A stretch of 64,000 bases of DNA from a virus. The translations under genes were made by a program, and so were the position numbers. The first letter of the stretch is position 1; each line of letters starts with the position of its first letter. The DNA is taken from the IMG/VR virus record IMGVR_UViG_3300020601_000005; one strand, given 5' to 3'. Positions 20,881 to 30,971 of this stretch are shown piece by piece. The notes under the pieces are model-generated. The model saw only the letters and a program-made list of their open reading frames with translations, was not told the origin of the DNA and did not search any database.

Positions 20881-21621
20881 ATGGCAGTAACAACACGAGA
20901 TGGATTAATCGATTATTGCTTAAGAGCGCTCGGCGAACCTGTAGTTGAAATCAACATTGATGACGCTCAAGTGGAAGACCGCGTTGACGAAGCCATAGAA
21001 CATTGGAGAATGTATCATTACGATGGCATTGAGAAAATGTATCTAAAGCATCAGGTAACTCAAGAAGATGTTGATGCTCGGTCTATTCCTATTCCTGATT
21101 ATGTTTACGGCGTTACCAAGGTATTTCCAATTGCCGCTGGAACGGGCACGTCAAAGTCAATATTCGATTTACAATATCAACTTCGTTTGAATGATTTGTA
21201 TGATTTAACCTCCGTTTCAGTTATATACTATAAACAGGTTATGGGCCATTTGGCGTTACTAGATCATACATTGAACGGTTCACAACTGTACCGATTTAAT
21301 AGACACACTGGAAGATTGTATATCGACGAATCATGGGGAGACAATATTCCCGTCGATTCATACGTTCTAGTTGAGAGTTATAGAGCTCTTGATCCGGCGA
21401 CTTATCCTGCAGTTTATGGTGATCCATGGTTAAAGCACTATACCACAGCGCTTATTAAGAAACAGTGGGCAGTTAACATAAAGAAATTTAGTGGATTGCA
21501 ACTTCCAGGCGGCGTTACGATGGATGGAGATAAACTCTATGCAGAAGCCATAGAAGAAATTAAAGAATTAGAAGATACGCTAATCTCAAAATCTGCTCCA
21601 TTGGAATTTTTCTTGGGATAA
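20881..21621 (+). CDS. gp13: Neck protein gp13
   Basis: LIDYCLRALGEPVVEINI, WLKHYTTALIKKQW, QLPGGVTMDG; synteny. Confidence 0.92.
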   Translation: MAVTTRDGLIDYCLRALGEPVVEINIDDAQVEDRVDEAIEHWRMYHYDGIEKMYLKHQVTQEDVDARSIPIPDYVYGVTKVFPIAAGTGTSKSIFDLQYQLRLNDLYDLTSVSVIYYKQVMGHLALLDHTLNGSQLYRFNRHTGRLYIDESWGDNIPVDSYVLVESYRALDPATYPAVYGDPWLKHYTTALIKKQWAVNIKKFSGLQLPGGVTMDGDKLYAEAIEEIKELEDTLISKSAPLEFFLG

Positions 21622-21624
21622 GTA

Positions 21625-22362
21625 ATGCGTAGCGTATATTTTTCACATGGAACCAAAAGAGAACAGCTTTTATTAGAAGATCTAATTATTGAAGCTGTTA
21701 GAATTTGGGGACAAGACTTTTTCTATATACCAAGGACACTTGTCGGTAAAGACAATATTCTCGGTGAAGATCGTTTGTCTGAATTTAGACATGCGTATCC
21801 TGTAGAGATGTATTTAGAATCGAATACTGGCTTTGAAGGACAAGGTGCCTTTGTAAGTAAATTCGGTTTAATGATGGAGCAGTCTGCAACACTGACTGTC
21901 CCTAAAAGAACATGGCAAAGATTTGTTGGACAGTATGGTCAGACAGTTTTGCCAGGTAGACCGGCAGAAGGAGATTTATTATATTTCCCTCTAACTGACG
22001 GTCTATTTGAAATCAAGTTTGTAGAGCATCAGGATCCGTTTTATCAACTTGGAAAATTGTATGTATACAGACTTGAAGTTGAACTCTTCCAGTATGCATC
22101 AGAGAAAATTGCAACTGGCATTGAGGAGATCGATGCGTTTGAATCTCTACAATCATTCGATGTAGAGAAACAGACATTCATTGATGATCAAGATCGTGTT
22201 GCCGATAATAACTTGTACAGACAAGAAGCTGCAGATATTATCTTCGACACGACAAACCCATTCGGTGATGTTATTGAAACTGCAAAAGTACGGTACTCTG
22301 AAACAGCAGACTCAACATCAATTTTAGTAGATTCGGATCTATTCACAGTGGACTTAGACTAA
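21625..22362 (+). CDS. gp14: Neck protein gp14
   Basis: EQLLLEDLIIE, YIPRTLV, GEDRLS.F, RPAEGDLLYFP, FYQLGK. Confidence 0.92.
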   Translation: MRSVYFSHGTKREQLLLEDLIIEAVRIWGQDFFYIPRTLVGKDNILGEDRLSEFRHAYPVEMYLESNTGFEGQGAFVSKFGLMMEQSATLTVPKRTWQRFVGQYGQTVLPGRPAEGDLLYFPLTDGLFEIKFVEHQDPFYQLGKLYVYRLEVELFQYASEKIATGIEEIDAFESLQSFDVEKQTFIDDQDRVADNNLYRQEAADIIFDTTNPFGDVIETAKVRYSETADSTSILVDSDLFTVDLD

Positions 22363-22363
22363 C

Positions 22364-23320
22364 ATGGCAAGACAAGTAATTGAAGTAGGCGCATCAGCAA
22401 ACGACGGAAACGGCGATACACTCAGAGCCGCCTTTATTAAAACCAACGAAATGTTTGGCGAATTATATTCGATCCAATTTAGTCGTTTATATACAGATCT
22501 AATTGGAGCGCCAGAACTATTTAGCGGATCATATAATGATCTTACTGATGTTCCGCAAACTTCATTTAATGATCTTAGTGACCGTCCTGTATTTTTTGAC
22601 GGTGAATTTTCTTCACTAACCAATCTTCCAACCACTTTGGCTGGTTATGGTATTACTGATGCATTTAATGGCTCATATAATAGTCTCGATGATTTGCCAA
22701 TATTATTCAGCGGATCATATAACGATTTGACAAATACTCCGGATATTCCGGTCCTCGATCAACAGCTGTTAACTACCTCTGTTCCAGAATTTGCCGGAAT
22801 TCAATTTGCAGATGGCGTACAGTATCGTGCATATTTAGGCCAAGATTTTGGCAAATATGTGTTTACACAGATAACTGACGTAAGTGTTATCCTTGGCCAA
22901 GGAGCTTCAGGATCTTGGAGACCGTATACATATGAACAGGGTTTTGTATCTTCTGCGGCAAGTAATCCAACATTAGAACATATTCCTGCTCCAGATAGTA
23001 CTGGAAAATTTAACGGATTTTACCAGAGCGGCGTATATGAAATTACTGCAGTATTTAGCGCAATAGGCAATAATGCTAGGTCTACGATGGCGGTTACTAT
23101 TAAAGCTGGGGACGATGGAGCTACTGCAAATTTGGGCACAATCGGCACAGAATTTGATGTAGTAAATAGATCAACGGCAACACTAAGTACGATTGTTAGA
23201 TTTACTAGTCCTGTGCTAGAATCAAACCAAATTTGGTTTACAGCTTCAGATACAGAAGTTGATGCTGCCGCAGTGAGTTATATTTCTAATGTTAACGTGA
23301 CTATTAAGAAAATTGTCTAA
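22364..23320 (+). CDS. Short fibre (possible neck whisker) with gp9/gp10-like N-terminal anchor
   Basis: MARQVIEVGASANDGNGDTLRAAFIKTNEMFGELY anchor, FSGSYNDL shaft repeats, beta-sandwich tip. Confidence 0.65.
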   Translation: MARQVIEVGASANDGNGDTLRAAFIKTNEMFGELYSIQFSRLYTDLIGAPELFSGSYNDLTDVPQTSFNDLSDRPVFFDGEFSSLTNLPTTLAGYGITDAFNGSYNSLDDLPILFSGSYNDLTNTPDIPVLDQQLLTTSVPEFAGIQFADGVQYRAYLGQDFGKYVFTQITDVSVILGQGASGSWRPYTYEQGFVSSAASNPTLEHIPAPDSTGKFNGFYQSGVYEITAVFSAIGNNARSTMAVTIKAGDDGATANLGTIGTEFDVVNRSTATLSTIVRFTSPVLESNQIWFTASDTEVDAAAVSYISNVNVTIKKIV

Positions 23321-24048
23321 TGTTAAGTAACAATATATATTATCACCAGATCACGCGAAAGATTATCGTAGCTTTTGGTGCTCTATTCAGTAATATTAAA
23401 ATTATTCGATCTAACGAAGGGATTGAAGTGCAAGGTATGGAAGTACCTATTGCATACGCTCCTAAGGAAAAATGGATTATGCGTATCGACCAGGATCCGA
23501 ATTTGGATTCATATGTCTATACATCTTTGCCGCGGCTTTCATTTGAAATGACCGGTTTAACATACGATTCAACTCGCAAGGTTAATCGTATGAATTATAT
23601 TTCGTGTGGTGATGGTACTGATACAGTGCAAAGAATGTATTCTCCAGTTCCATATAATTTCGAAATTTCATTATATGTAATAAGTAAAACTCAAGAAGAT
23701 GCGCTACAGATCGTAGAACAAATATTACCAACATTTTCACCAGAATATACATTATCATTACAACCTATTACCGATAATGATTTGGTGGTCGATGTTCCAG
23801 TTATTCTAAATAATATTAGCTTACAAGATGATTATGAAGGTGATTTCCAGACTAGAAGATTCATTACATATACGTTAAACTTTACTCTTAAAGCATACAT
23901 GTATGGACCAATTAAGGATGGTAAAGTTATTACTACTACTGTAGTTGATATGACTAATCCGGATACTGGTGCAGCTATAGGCAATTATTCTGCAACAGGT
24001 GATTCATCAACGGGTGATGTAACAAGTGATCTTTGGAATAACTTTTAA
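23320..24048 (+). CDS. gp15: Tail sheath stabiliser/completion protein gp15
   Basis: RKIIVAFGALF, VPIAYAPKEKW, LPRLSFE, LQIVEQILPTF. Confidence 0.92.
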   Translation: MLSNNIYYHQITRKIIVAFGALFSNIKIIRSNEGIEVQGMEVPIAYAPKEKWIMRIDQDPNLDSYVYTSLPRLSFEMTGLTYDSTRKVNRMNYISCGDGTDTVQRMYSPVPYNFEISLYVISKTQEDALQIVEQILPTFSPEYTLSLQPITDNDLVVDVPVILNNISLQDDYEGDFQTRRFITYTLNFTLKAYMYGPIKDGKVITTTVVDMTNPDTGAAIGNYSATGDSSTGDVTSDLWNNF

Positions 24049-24075
24049 TTATTAGTATCTAGAGATACATTATAC
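24045..24075. repeat. 31-nt intergenic element, copy 1 (palindrome plus minus-strand TATAAT)
   Basis: ttaattattagtatctagagatacattatac, 29/31 identical to 34896-34926. Confidence 0.7.
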
Positions 24076-24078
24076 CAT

Positions 24079-25689
24079 ATGGACCTGAATAAATTAAAAG
24101 TTTACAACAGTAATTCGAATCTTAAGGGGGCAGGTCAAGCAATACCGTTCTCCCAGCATGAAATCGAAGAATATTTGAAGTGTTCGGAAGATCCCGTCTA
24201 TTTTATTCAGACTTATTGTAAAATTGTAACATTGGACCACGGTTTACAACCGTTCAATCTGTACCCATGTCAGATTAACAAGGTCAAAGTCATCCATGAA
24301 AACCGAAAGGTTATTCTCATGGAAGGACGACAGCAGGGTAAAACTACCACTTCCGCTGCATACATTCTATGGTACACTTTATTCCAATCAAATAAGACCG
24401 TTGCTATTCTTGCGAACAAGAAAGCAGCAGCTATGGAAGTACTTGATAGATATCAGACAATGTACGAAGGTCTTCCAAAATGGTTACAGCAGGGTGTTAC
24501 TACATGGAACAAGGGTGATATTGAATTAGAAAACGGTTCTAAGGTATTCACCGCTGCAACATCTACATCTGGTATTCGTGGTAAATCGGTTAACTTACTA
24601 TACGTTGACGAAGCTGCAATTATTCCAAACAATGTTGCCGAATCATTCTTCACATCAGTATATCCTACAATCTCTGCTGGTGAGACTACTAAGATTCTAT
24701 TAAGCTCAACTCCTCTTGGATATAATCACTTCTGGAAATTCTGGACCGATGCTGAACAGGACAAGAACGGATTCGTTAACTTGTTTATTCCGTACTGGGA
24801 GATTCCAGGTAGAGATGAGAAGTGGGCAGAAGAACAGCGTAGACTTCTTGGTGAGATTAAGTTTAACCAAGAAGTGCTGTGTACATTCCTTGGTTCTAGT
24901 TTGACATTAGTTGCCGCGGACACTATTGCACAAATGGCACCGGCAGCTGCCGAGTTTTCTTCCAATGACGGATTGGATATATACGAAAAACCTAAAGAAG
25001 GTCATGTATACGCTATGGCGGTGGATCCTGCCAAGGGAGTCGGTGGAGACTTCTCGGCAATTGTTGTCGTAGATATAACACAAGTTCCATATCGCACCGT
25101 TGCTAAGTACAGGAATAAAAATATTCTTCCTATGCTATTTCCTACCGTGATACATAAGTTGGGAACCGATTATAATCAAGCTTATGTTCTAATAGAATTG
25201 AATGCTGGTGAACAAGTTGCCGACATTCTTTATAACGATATGGAATATGAGAATTTAATGTTTGTTACGCGTGATACTAAAGGTCAGAGCGTTTCAGCAG
25301 GTTTTGGTGGAGGTAAAACCCAATTGGGTGTATATACCGACAAGAAAACAAAAAGAATGGGCTGTTTTAACCTGAAAAGTCTCTTAGAGGGTAAAAAACT
25401 GCTAGTGAATGACGCTGATCTTATATCTGAAATTTCTACTTTCATTGAATCTAAAGGATCGTATGCAGCCGATGAAGGCTACCATGATGACTTAGTAATG
25501 TGTTTAGTTCTGTTTGCTTGGGCTTCTAGTAGTAATTACTTTGAAGATTTAAGTAATATAAATATAAGGCAAGCGATCTATGAGAATCATATGGCAGCAA
25601 TTGAGAATCAGTTGACACCCTTTGGTTTTTATAATGATGGTCGAGAAACAGACGAAGAAGCTTCCATCCGACAGCTTCTTTCATCATAA
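24079..25689 (+). CDS. gp17: Terminase large subunit gp17
   Basis: RQQGKTT Walker A, LLYVDEAA Walker B, SSTPLG, nuclease VDPAKGVGGD and HDDLVM. Confidence 0.96.
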   Translation: MDLNKLKVYNSNSNLKGAGQAIPFSQHEIEEYLKCSEDPVYFIQTYCKIVTLDHGLQPFNLYPCQINKVKVIHENRKVILMEGRQQGKTTTSAAYILWYTLFQSNKTVAILANKKAAAMEVLDRYQTMYEGLPKWLQQGVTTWNKGDIELENGSKVFTAATSTSGIRGKSVNLLYVDEAAIIPNNVAESFFTSVYPTISAGETTKILLSSTPLGYNHFWKFWTDAEQDKNGFVNLFIPYWEIPGRDEKWAEEQRRLLGEIKFNQEVLCTFLGSSLTLVAADTIAQMAPAAAEFSSNDGLDIYEKPKEGHVYAMAVDPAKGVGGDFSAIVVVDITQVPYRTVAKYRNKNILPMLFPTVIHKLGTDYNQAYVLIELNAGEQVADILYNDMEYENLMFVTRDTKGQSVSAGFGGGKTQLGVYTDKKTKRMGCFNLKSLLEGKKLLVNDADLISEISTFIESKGSYAADEGYHDDLVMCLVLFAWASSSNYFEDLSNINIRQAIYENHMAAIENQLTPFGFYNDGRETDEEASIRQLLSS

Positions 25690-25701
25690 AAACAGTGAAA
25701 T

Positions 25702-25709
25702 TATAAATA
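25702..25709 (+). promoter_or_regulatory. Late promoter TATAAATA
   Basis: Exact consensus upstream of gp18. Confidence 0.75.
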
Positions 25710-25752
25710 ATAAATCATCCGAGTTGGATTTTTAATAATAAGGAGTTGCAAC

Positions 25753-28065
25753 ATGCCTTTTCTAGTTAGCCCAGGCGTAGCAGTAGTCGAGAAAGACTTT
25801 AGTTCAATTGTACCAGCGGTCTCTTCATCTACCGGCGCTTTTGCTGGCCCATTTTCATGGGGACCAGTTAATTCACCATTGAGAATTTCTTCAGAAAACG
25901 AACTAGTTTCAAAACTAGGAAAGCCTACTGATGCGAATTATCAATCATTCTTTTCTGCAGGCAATTTCTTAGCCTACACGAATACATTATATGTTAACCG
26001 TACTGACGGTGATGGCCTGCTAAACGCTTCTAGCGTACAGTCTGGTCCTGTAGCTTCAGCGGATATTTCTATCACAGAGCAAGGTAGTGGTTACACTGCT
26101 GCTGAAACTCTAACTGCAACAGTAGAATTTGCTGAACCACTTATCGGCGGTTCAACAGCAGAAGGCACATTGATGTGGGAAGAGTACGATGCAATTAACG
26201 GCCTATGGCGCGTTAGCGGTATTCAACTAACTTCTGCCGGTGGTGGATACGTTAATCCACCAGCAATTACTATCAGTGATCCTGCTGCTGGTACTACTGC
26301 AACTGCTGCAGTATCAAGAATTGTAAAAACCGGCGTCAAGATCAAAAATATCGATGACTACCAAAATAATTTTTCTGAAACGCATTTGCATAACGGAGAG
26401 TTTGCTGCTAAGTATCCAGGCACACGTGCTAACGGTGTTACAGTATACTTGATTGATGCAAACAACTGGGCTTCAATGCCAGTTACAGTTCAGAAACAAT
26501 TTACTGGCGCTCCAGGTACTTCTGATTACGCTGCTGTAAACGTTGGCGCTAATGCATTAGACGAATTGCACATCTTGGTTGTTGACAATTCTAAGGGCTC
26601 TTTTACTGGCGTAAGCGGTGCAGTATTAGAGAAGTTTGAATATGTCTCTAAACTAAGTGATGCTAAGAGATCTGATGGCACCAATATCTACTATAAAGAT
26701 ATTGTTAATAACCAGTCTAACTACTTGTGGGCACTAGCTACTCCAGCTGCTATTCAGGAAAAAGCTTTAGCTCTTGGTGTAACTTCCACTACAACAGATG
26801 ATGCCGGCAATATTACTATTTCTGATAGTACTAAGTTTGCAGAGCTTTCAAGCTTCATGAACGAGTTCAATGCATCTAATAGTGCTGTCGAATTCAAACT
26901 AAGTCTTTTTGGCGGTTCAAACGAAGGTGTGCACACTATTTCTGGCATTACCACAACTACAGCTAACGATGCTATCACTGCATACGTTATTACAGTTACT
27001 AGTGAAACTATTGCCGAAACTGCTGCAGTAGCTGTCACTAGCGTTGGAGATGCATATAATTGGGGAAGTTCTTCTGACATCATAGTTGATAGCGGATTCC
27101 AATTGGCCGTTTTAAATTCTACATTTACTGATGGTGTTGCTTTGGCTGGTGGTGCTGATGGTTCAGCTCCTACTGACGGTCAAGTTCAAGAAGCATATGC
27201 AGCTTTTGCTAACACAGACGATTACGAAATCTCTTTAGTTGTTGCTGGTAATGTTTCTACAACGGTTGCAAACTATCTAATCACATCTTTGGCTGAAGTT
27301 CGTAAAGATTGTATCGTATTCATCTCTCCACGCAATGCTAGCGGTAATCATTGGATCACCTCTACTCAAGCCGGCGTAACCCCAGAAAATGCAGCGATTG
27401 CATACAAAAATGCGGTTAACGCTAGCTCTTCATACGGTGTTATTGATTCTGGCTGGAAGTACCAGTATGATGCATACAATGACAAGTACCGTTGGGTTCC
27501 ATTGAATGGTGATACTGCTGGCTTATGTGCTCGCGTTGACTTTACTGCCGATCCATGGTATTCACCAGGTGGTTTCAACCGCGGTCAGATTAAGAACGTT
27601 GTTAAGTTGGGCTACAACCCTAACCAAACTCAACGTGATGCACTATACACAGAAGGTATTAACCCAGTAGTTATCTTCCCAGGACAGGGAACTGTTCTAT
27701 ACGGAGATAAGACTATGTTAGCTAAACCTTCAGCATTCGATCGTATTAACGTACGTCGCTTGTTCATCGTATTGGAAAAATCCATTGCTACCGCTGCTAA
27801 GTACCAGTTGTTTGAATTTAACGATTCATTTACTCGTGCTCAGTTCCGCAACTTGGTTGAACCGTTCCTACGTGATGTACAAGGTCGCCGTGGTGTTGTT
27901 GACTTCAAGGTTGTTTGTGATGAAACAAATAACACTGGCGAAGTTATCGATCGTAACGAATTTGCTGCTGATATCTACATCAAGCCAAACCGTTCAATCA
28001 ACTTCATCACTCTAAACTTTGTTGCGGCTCGCTCTTCAGTAAGCTTCAGCGAATTAGGCGCATAA
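25753..28065 (+). CDS. gp18: Tail sheath protein gp18
   Basis: MPFLVSPGV..EKD, PWYSPGGFNRGQI, SAFDRINVRRLF, IYIKPNRSINFITLNF. Confidence 0.96.
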   Translation: MPFLVSPGVAVVEKDFSSIVPAVSSSTGAFAGPFSWGPVNSPLRISSENELVSKLGKPTDANYQSFFSAGNFLAYTNTLYVNRTDGDGLLNASSVQSGPVASADISITEQGSGYTAAETLTATVEFAEPLIGGSTAEGTLMWEEYDAINGLWRVSGIQLTSAGGGYVNPPAITISDPAAGTTATAAVSRIVKTGVKIKNIDDYQNNFSETHLHNGEFAAKYPGTRANGVTVYLIDANNWASMPVTVQKQFTGAPGTSDYAAVNVGANALDELHILVVDNSKGSFTGVSGAVLEKFEYVSKLSDAKRSDGTNIYYKDIVNNQSNYLWALATPAAIQEKALALGVTSTTTDDAGNITISDSTKFAELSSFMNEFNASNSAVEFKLSLFGGSNEGVHTISGITTTTANDAITAYVITVTSETIAETAAVAVTSVGDAYNWGSSSDIIVDSGFQLAVLNSTFTDGVALAGGADGSAPTDGQVQEAYAAFANTDDYEISLVVAGNVSTTVANYLITSLAEVRKDCIVFISPRNASGNHWITSTQAGVTPENAAIAYKNAVNASSSYGVIDSGWKYQYDAYNDKYRWVPLNGDTAGLCARVDFTADPWYSPGGFNRGQIKNVVKLGYNPNQTQRDALYTEGINPVVIFPGQGTVLYGDKTMLAKPSAFDRINVRRLFIVLEKSIATAAKYQLFEFNDSFTRAQFRNLVEPFLRDVQGRRGVVDFKVVCDETNNTGEVIDRNEFAADIYIKPNRSINFITLNFVAARSSVSFSELGA

Positions 28066-28067
28066 TA

Positions 28068-28091
28068 TAAGCAGGGGGAGACCCCTGCTTA
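28068..28091 (+). terminator. Stem-loop after gp18
   Basis: TAAGCAGGGG-GAGA-CCCCTGCTTA, 10-bp stem with GNRA loop; weak U-tract. Confidence 0.6.
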
Positions 28092-28095
28092 CTTG

Positions 28096-28103
28096 TATAA
28101 ATA
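28096..28103 (+). promoter_or_regulatory. Late promoter TATAAATA
   Basis: Exact consensus upstream of gp19. Confidence 0.75.
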
Positions 28104-28133
28104 CATATAACAGTTAAAACAAAGGAGTCTTAA

Positions 28134-28694
28134 ATGGCTAGAATCTCAGATTTTAAGGCACAAATGGGCGGCGGTGGCGCTCGCGCTAACCAGTTTAGAG
28201 TGGAACTATCTTTCCCTTCTTACGTTGGTGTTAGTGCTTCTATCGGCCAATCGTCCCAATTCTTGTGTAAATCAGCATCATTGCCTGGTTCAACAATCGA
28301 CAATATGCCGATTAATTACCGCGGTCGTGTTGTTAACATTGCTGGCGAGCGTACCTTTGCTCCATGGCAGGTTACCGTCTATAATGACACAGACTTTGGT
28401 ATCCGTAACGCTCTAGAAAAGTGGGCCGATGGCGTTCAAAGCTTGACCGATACTACCGGTTTGACAAGCCCAGGTGCATATCAAGTAGATCTATTAGTTC
28501 ACCAGTTAGATCGCAACGGTGCTACACTAAAGACCTATAAATTCGTTGATGCGTATCCAACAGAAATTGGTCCAATCGCATTGGACTTTGATACAACTAA
28601 TCAGATCGAAACATTTGATGTCAACTTCACATACAACTACTGGACAACTACTGAGTCCACTGGTTACGTTAATGTTAACATTGAAATCGGTTAA
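28134..28694 (+). CDS. gp19: Tail tube protein gp19
   Basis: GGGARANQF, CKSASLPGS, GERTF.PW.VTVYND, QIETFDV.F.Y.YW. Confidence 0.95.
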   Translation: MARISDFKAQMGGGGARANQFRVELSFPSYVGVSASIGQSSQFLCKSASLPGSTIDNMPINYRGRVVNIAGERTFAPWQVTVYNDTDFGIRNALEKWADGVQSLTDTTGLTSPGAYQVDLLVHQLDRNGATLKTYKFVDAYPTEIGPIALDFDTTNQIETFDVNFTYNYWTTTESTGYVNVNIEIG

Positions 28695-28722
28695 TTAGCA
28701 ACTTAGATTGGTTTAAAATATA

Positions 28723-30285
28723 ATGAATATATTTGGATTTGAAATCCAGCGTAAAAAGACGGAAGTCCAACTTACACCTGTAGCGCCAGCACATGATGAC
28801 GGCGCTACCGTTGTAACATCCGCTGGTGGTTATTATGGCCAGATGATTAATCTCGAAGCGACGATTCGTTCAGAAAACGATATCATTCGTCGCTATCGGG
28901 AGATTTCGCAGTATCCGGATTGCGATTCGGCAATTGATGATATTGCCAACGAGGCGATTGTATCTGAAGAAGATGATATCCCTGTTGAGATTGTTCTAGA
29001 TGATCTTAAAGTGTCTTCTGGAATTAAAAAGAAGATCACTGAAGAATTCTATCAAGTCATGAGGCTTCTAAAGTTTGACCAAAAAGGTCATGATATGTTT
29101 AGAAGTTGGTATATTGATGGTAGAATGTATTATCACATCTTGATTGATGAGAATAATCCCAAGAATGGTATTGTAGAACTACGTTATATTGATCCGCGAA
29201 AGATTCGTAAAATCAAAAACGTTAAGAAACAAAAGAATGCGAATGGCGTGGAGATAGTTAAGTCTATTGACGAGTACTATATCTACAATGATAAAGGCAT
29301 TCAAGAAGGTGATGTAAAGGGCGTTAAATTACCAATAGATTCAGTAATTTACGTTCCATCTGGAATCACAGATCAAAATACAGGTATGGCATTATCATAC
29401 CTACACAAAGCTATTAAATTAGTCAATCAATTAAAAATGATGGAAGATGCATTAGTCATCTATCGTATCAGTCGTGCGCCTGAGCGTCGTATTTTCTACG
29501 TTGACGTTGGAAACCTTCCTAAGATGAAGGCGGAACAATACGTCAACGACTTGATGAATAAGTTTAAGAACAAGGTTGTATATGATGCAACCACAGGTGA
29601 AGTACGAGATGATCGTAAACACTTATCAATGATGGAAGACTTCTGGATGCCACGTCGTGAAGGCGGCAAGGGTACAGAAATTACAACGTTGCCGGGTGGT
29701 CAGACGCTTGGACAAATCGAAGATATTGAATTCTTCCAGAATAAACTATTCCAGGCTTTAAATGTTCCAGCCTCTCGTCTAAAGGGCGAACAAGGATTTA
29801 ACTTAGGTCGTTCGTCAGAAATTACTCGTGACGAAATAAAGTTTACTAAATTCATTCAACGAATTCGTAAGAAGTTCTCTAATATATTTTTAGATGCGCT
29901 AAGAGTTCAATTGATTGCTAAAGGCATTATCAACCCAGAAGAATGGGATGATATGTCGCAAGATATCCGCTTTGACTTCCAAAAAGATAACTACTTTGCG
30001 GAAATTAAAGAGTCCGAGATTACGCAGTCTAGATTGAATATACTTCAGACCGTAGATCAATTTGCCGGTAAGTACTACTCTCCAACATGGATCAAGAAAA
30101 ATATCTTGAAACTAACTGATGAAGAAATTGAAGAGATGGATGAAGAGAACGAAGAGTATAACAAACAGCAAATGGAACTGCAAAGGCAACAGCTCGAAAT
30201 GCAACAAGGGCAACAGCAACAGCAGCCAGAATCAGATAATACAGATAATACACAATTAGGAGGTGAAGATGTCTACAACCCGTAA
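28723..30285 (+). CDS. gp20: Portal protein gp20
   Basis: YRISRAPERRIFYVDVGNLP, EDFWMPRREGGKGTEITTLPGG. Confidence 0.97.
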   Translation: MNIFGFEIQRKKTEVQLTPVAPAHDDGATVVTSAGGYYGQMINLEATIRSENDIIRRYREISQYPDCDSAIDDIANEAIVSEEDDIPVEIVLDDLKVSSGIKKKITEEFYQVMRLLKFDQKGHDMFRSWYIDGRMYYHILIDENNPKNGIVELRYIDPRKIRKIKNVKKQKNANGVEIVKSIDEYYIYNDKGIQEGDVKGVKLPIDSVIYVPSGITDQNTGMALSYLHKAIKLVNQLKMMEDALVIYRISRAPERRIFYVDVGNLPKMKAEQYVNDLMNKFKNKVVYDATTGEVRDDRKHLSMMEDFWMPRREGGKGTEITTLPGGQTLGQIEDIEFFQNKLFQALNVPASRLKGEQGFNLGRSSEITRDEIKFTKFIQRIRKKFSNIFLDALRVQLIAKGIINPEEWDDMSQDIRFDFQKDNYFAEIKESEITQSRLNILQTVDQFAGKYYSPTWIKKNILKLTDEEIEEMDEENEEYNKQQMELQRQQLEMQQGQQQQQPESDNTDNTQLGGEDVYNP

Positions 30286-30460
30286 TTTAGTTGATGCTTT
30301 AATTAGCGGAGATTCATTGTCAATCGAAACTACGTTTGATGCAGCAATGTCAGAACGTATTTCAGGCGGCCTAGATGCCATGAAGATGAGCATTGCTAAT
30401 AGTATGTTCAATCCGGCACCCGAAGCTGTAGAGGCTATTGCCCCAGAAGAAACAGAATAA
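30269..30460 (+). CDS. Small acidic prohead core protein (gp67-like position)
   Basis: Directly after portal, GGAGG RBS, acidic tail. Confidence 0.55.
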   Translation: MSTTRNLVDALISGDSLSIETTFDAAMSERISGGLDAMKMSIANSMFNPAPEAVEAIAPEETE

Positions 30461-30969
30461 TGAAATTCATTAGTTCCATGAGAAAACCAAGTGATGACGT
30501 AGCATATAAAGGCCATGTCATCACTATATCCGAAAATAACGTATATGTCGATTCGGAACTAATATTAGAAGACTGCATCAGCAATGGTGCAGGTAAATTG
30601 TATGCTAAGTCATACATTGATTCTATAGTCGTTTTAGAGACTGCCGAAGTTGTTACTACGGAGTCTATCGTAAATACTGCGATGCGACACCATGGAATCA
30701 AGCTGACGAATACATTAGTAGAGTCATATAAAGAGTTAATTCTTGCAGGAGAATTTACTCTAGATCCGGTTGTATTAGAACTTAAAGAAGGTAAATCTTC
30801 TATTTACGGTAAAACCGAATTTATCTTAAATGATAATTCTGTGGTCGCAATCAATGAATCTACTATCAAAAAATTGCTATCTTTAAATGTAGATAAATAT
30901 AAATTAGTAGATTTTATGAAACAGTCTAAAGACAACTTTGTTGCTGTAATACAAGAACTTGGAAGATAA
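30460..30969 (+). CDS. Hypothetical head-region protein
   Basis: Coupled ORF between gp20 and gp21; no motif recognised. Confidence 0.55.
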   Translation: MKFISSMRKPSDDVAYKGHVITISENNVYVDSELILEDCISNGAGKLYAKSYIDSIVVLETAEVVTTESIVNTAMRHHGIKLTNTLVESYKELILAGEFTLDPVVLELKEGKSSIYGKTEFILNDNSVVAINESTIKKLLSLNVDKYKLVDFMKQSKDNFVAVIQELGR

Positions 30970-30971
30970 CT

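Noticed and set aside
30160-30230. Gln-rich tract at the portal C-terminus
   Set aside because: Low-complexity variable tail, common in gp20 homologues; mixed CAA/CAG codons argue against a slippage locus.
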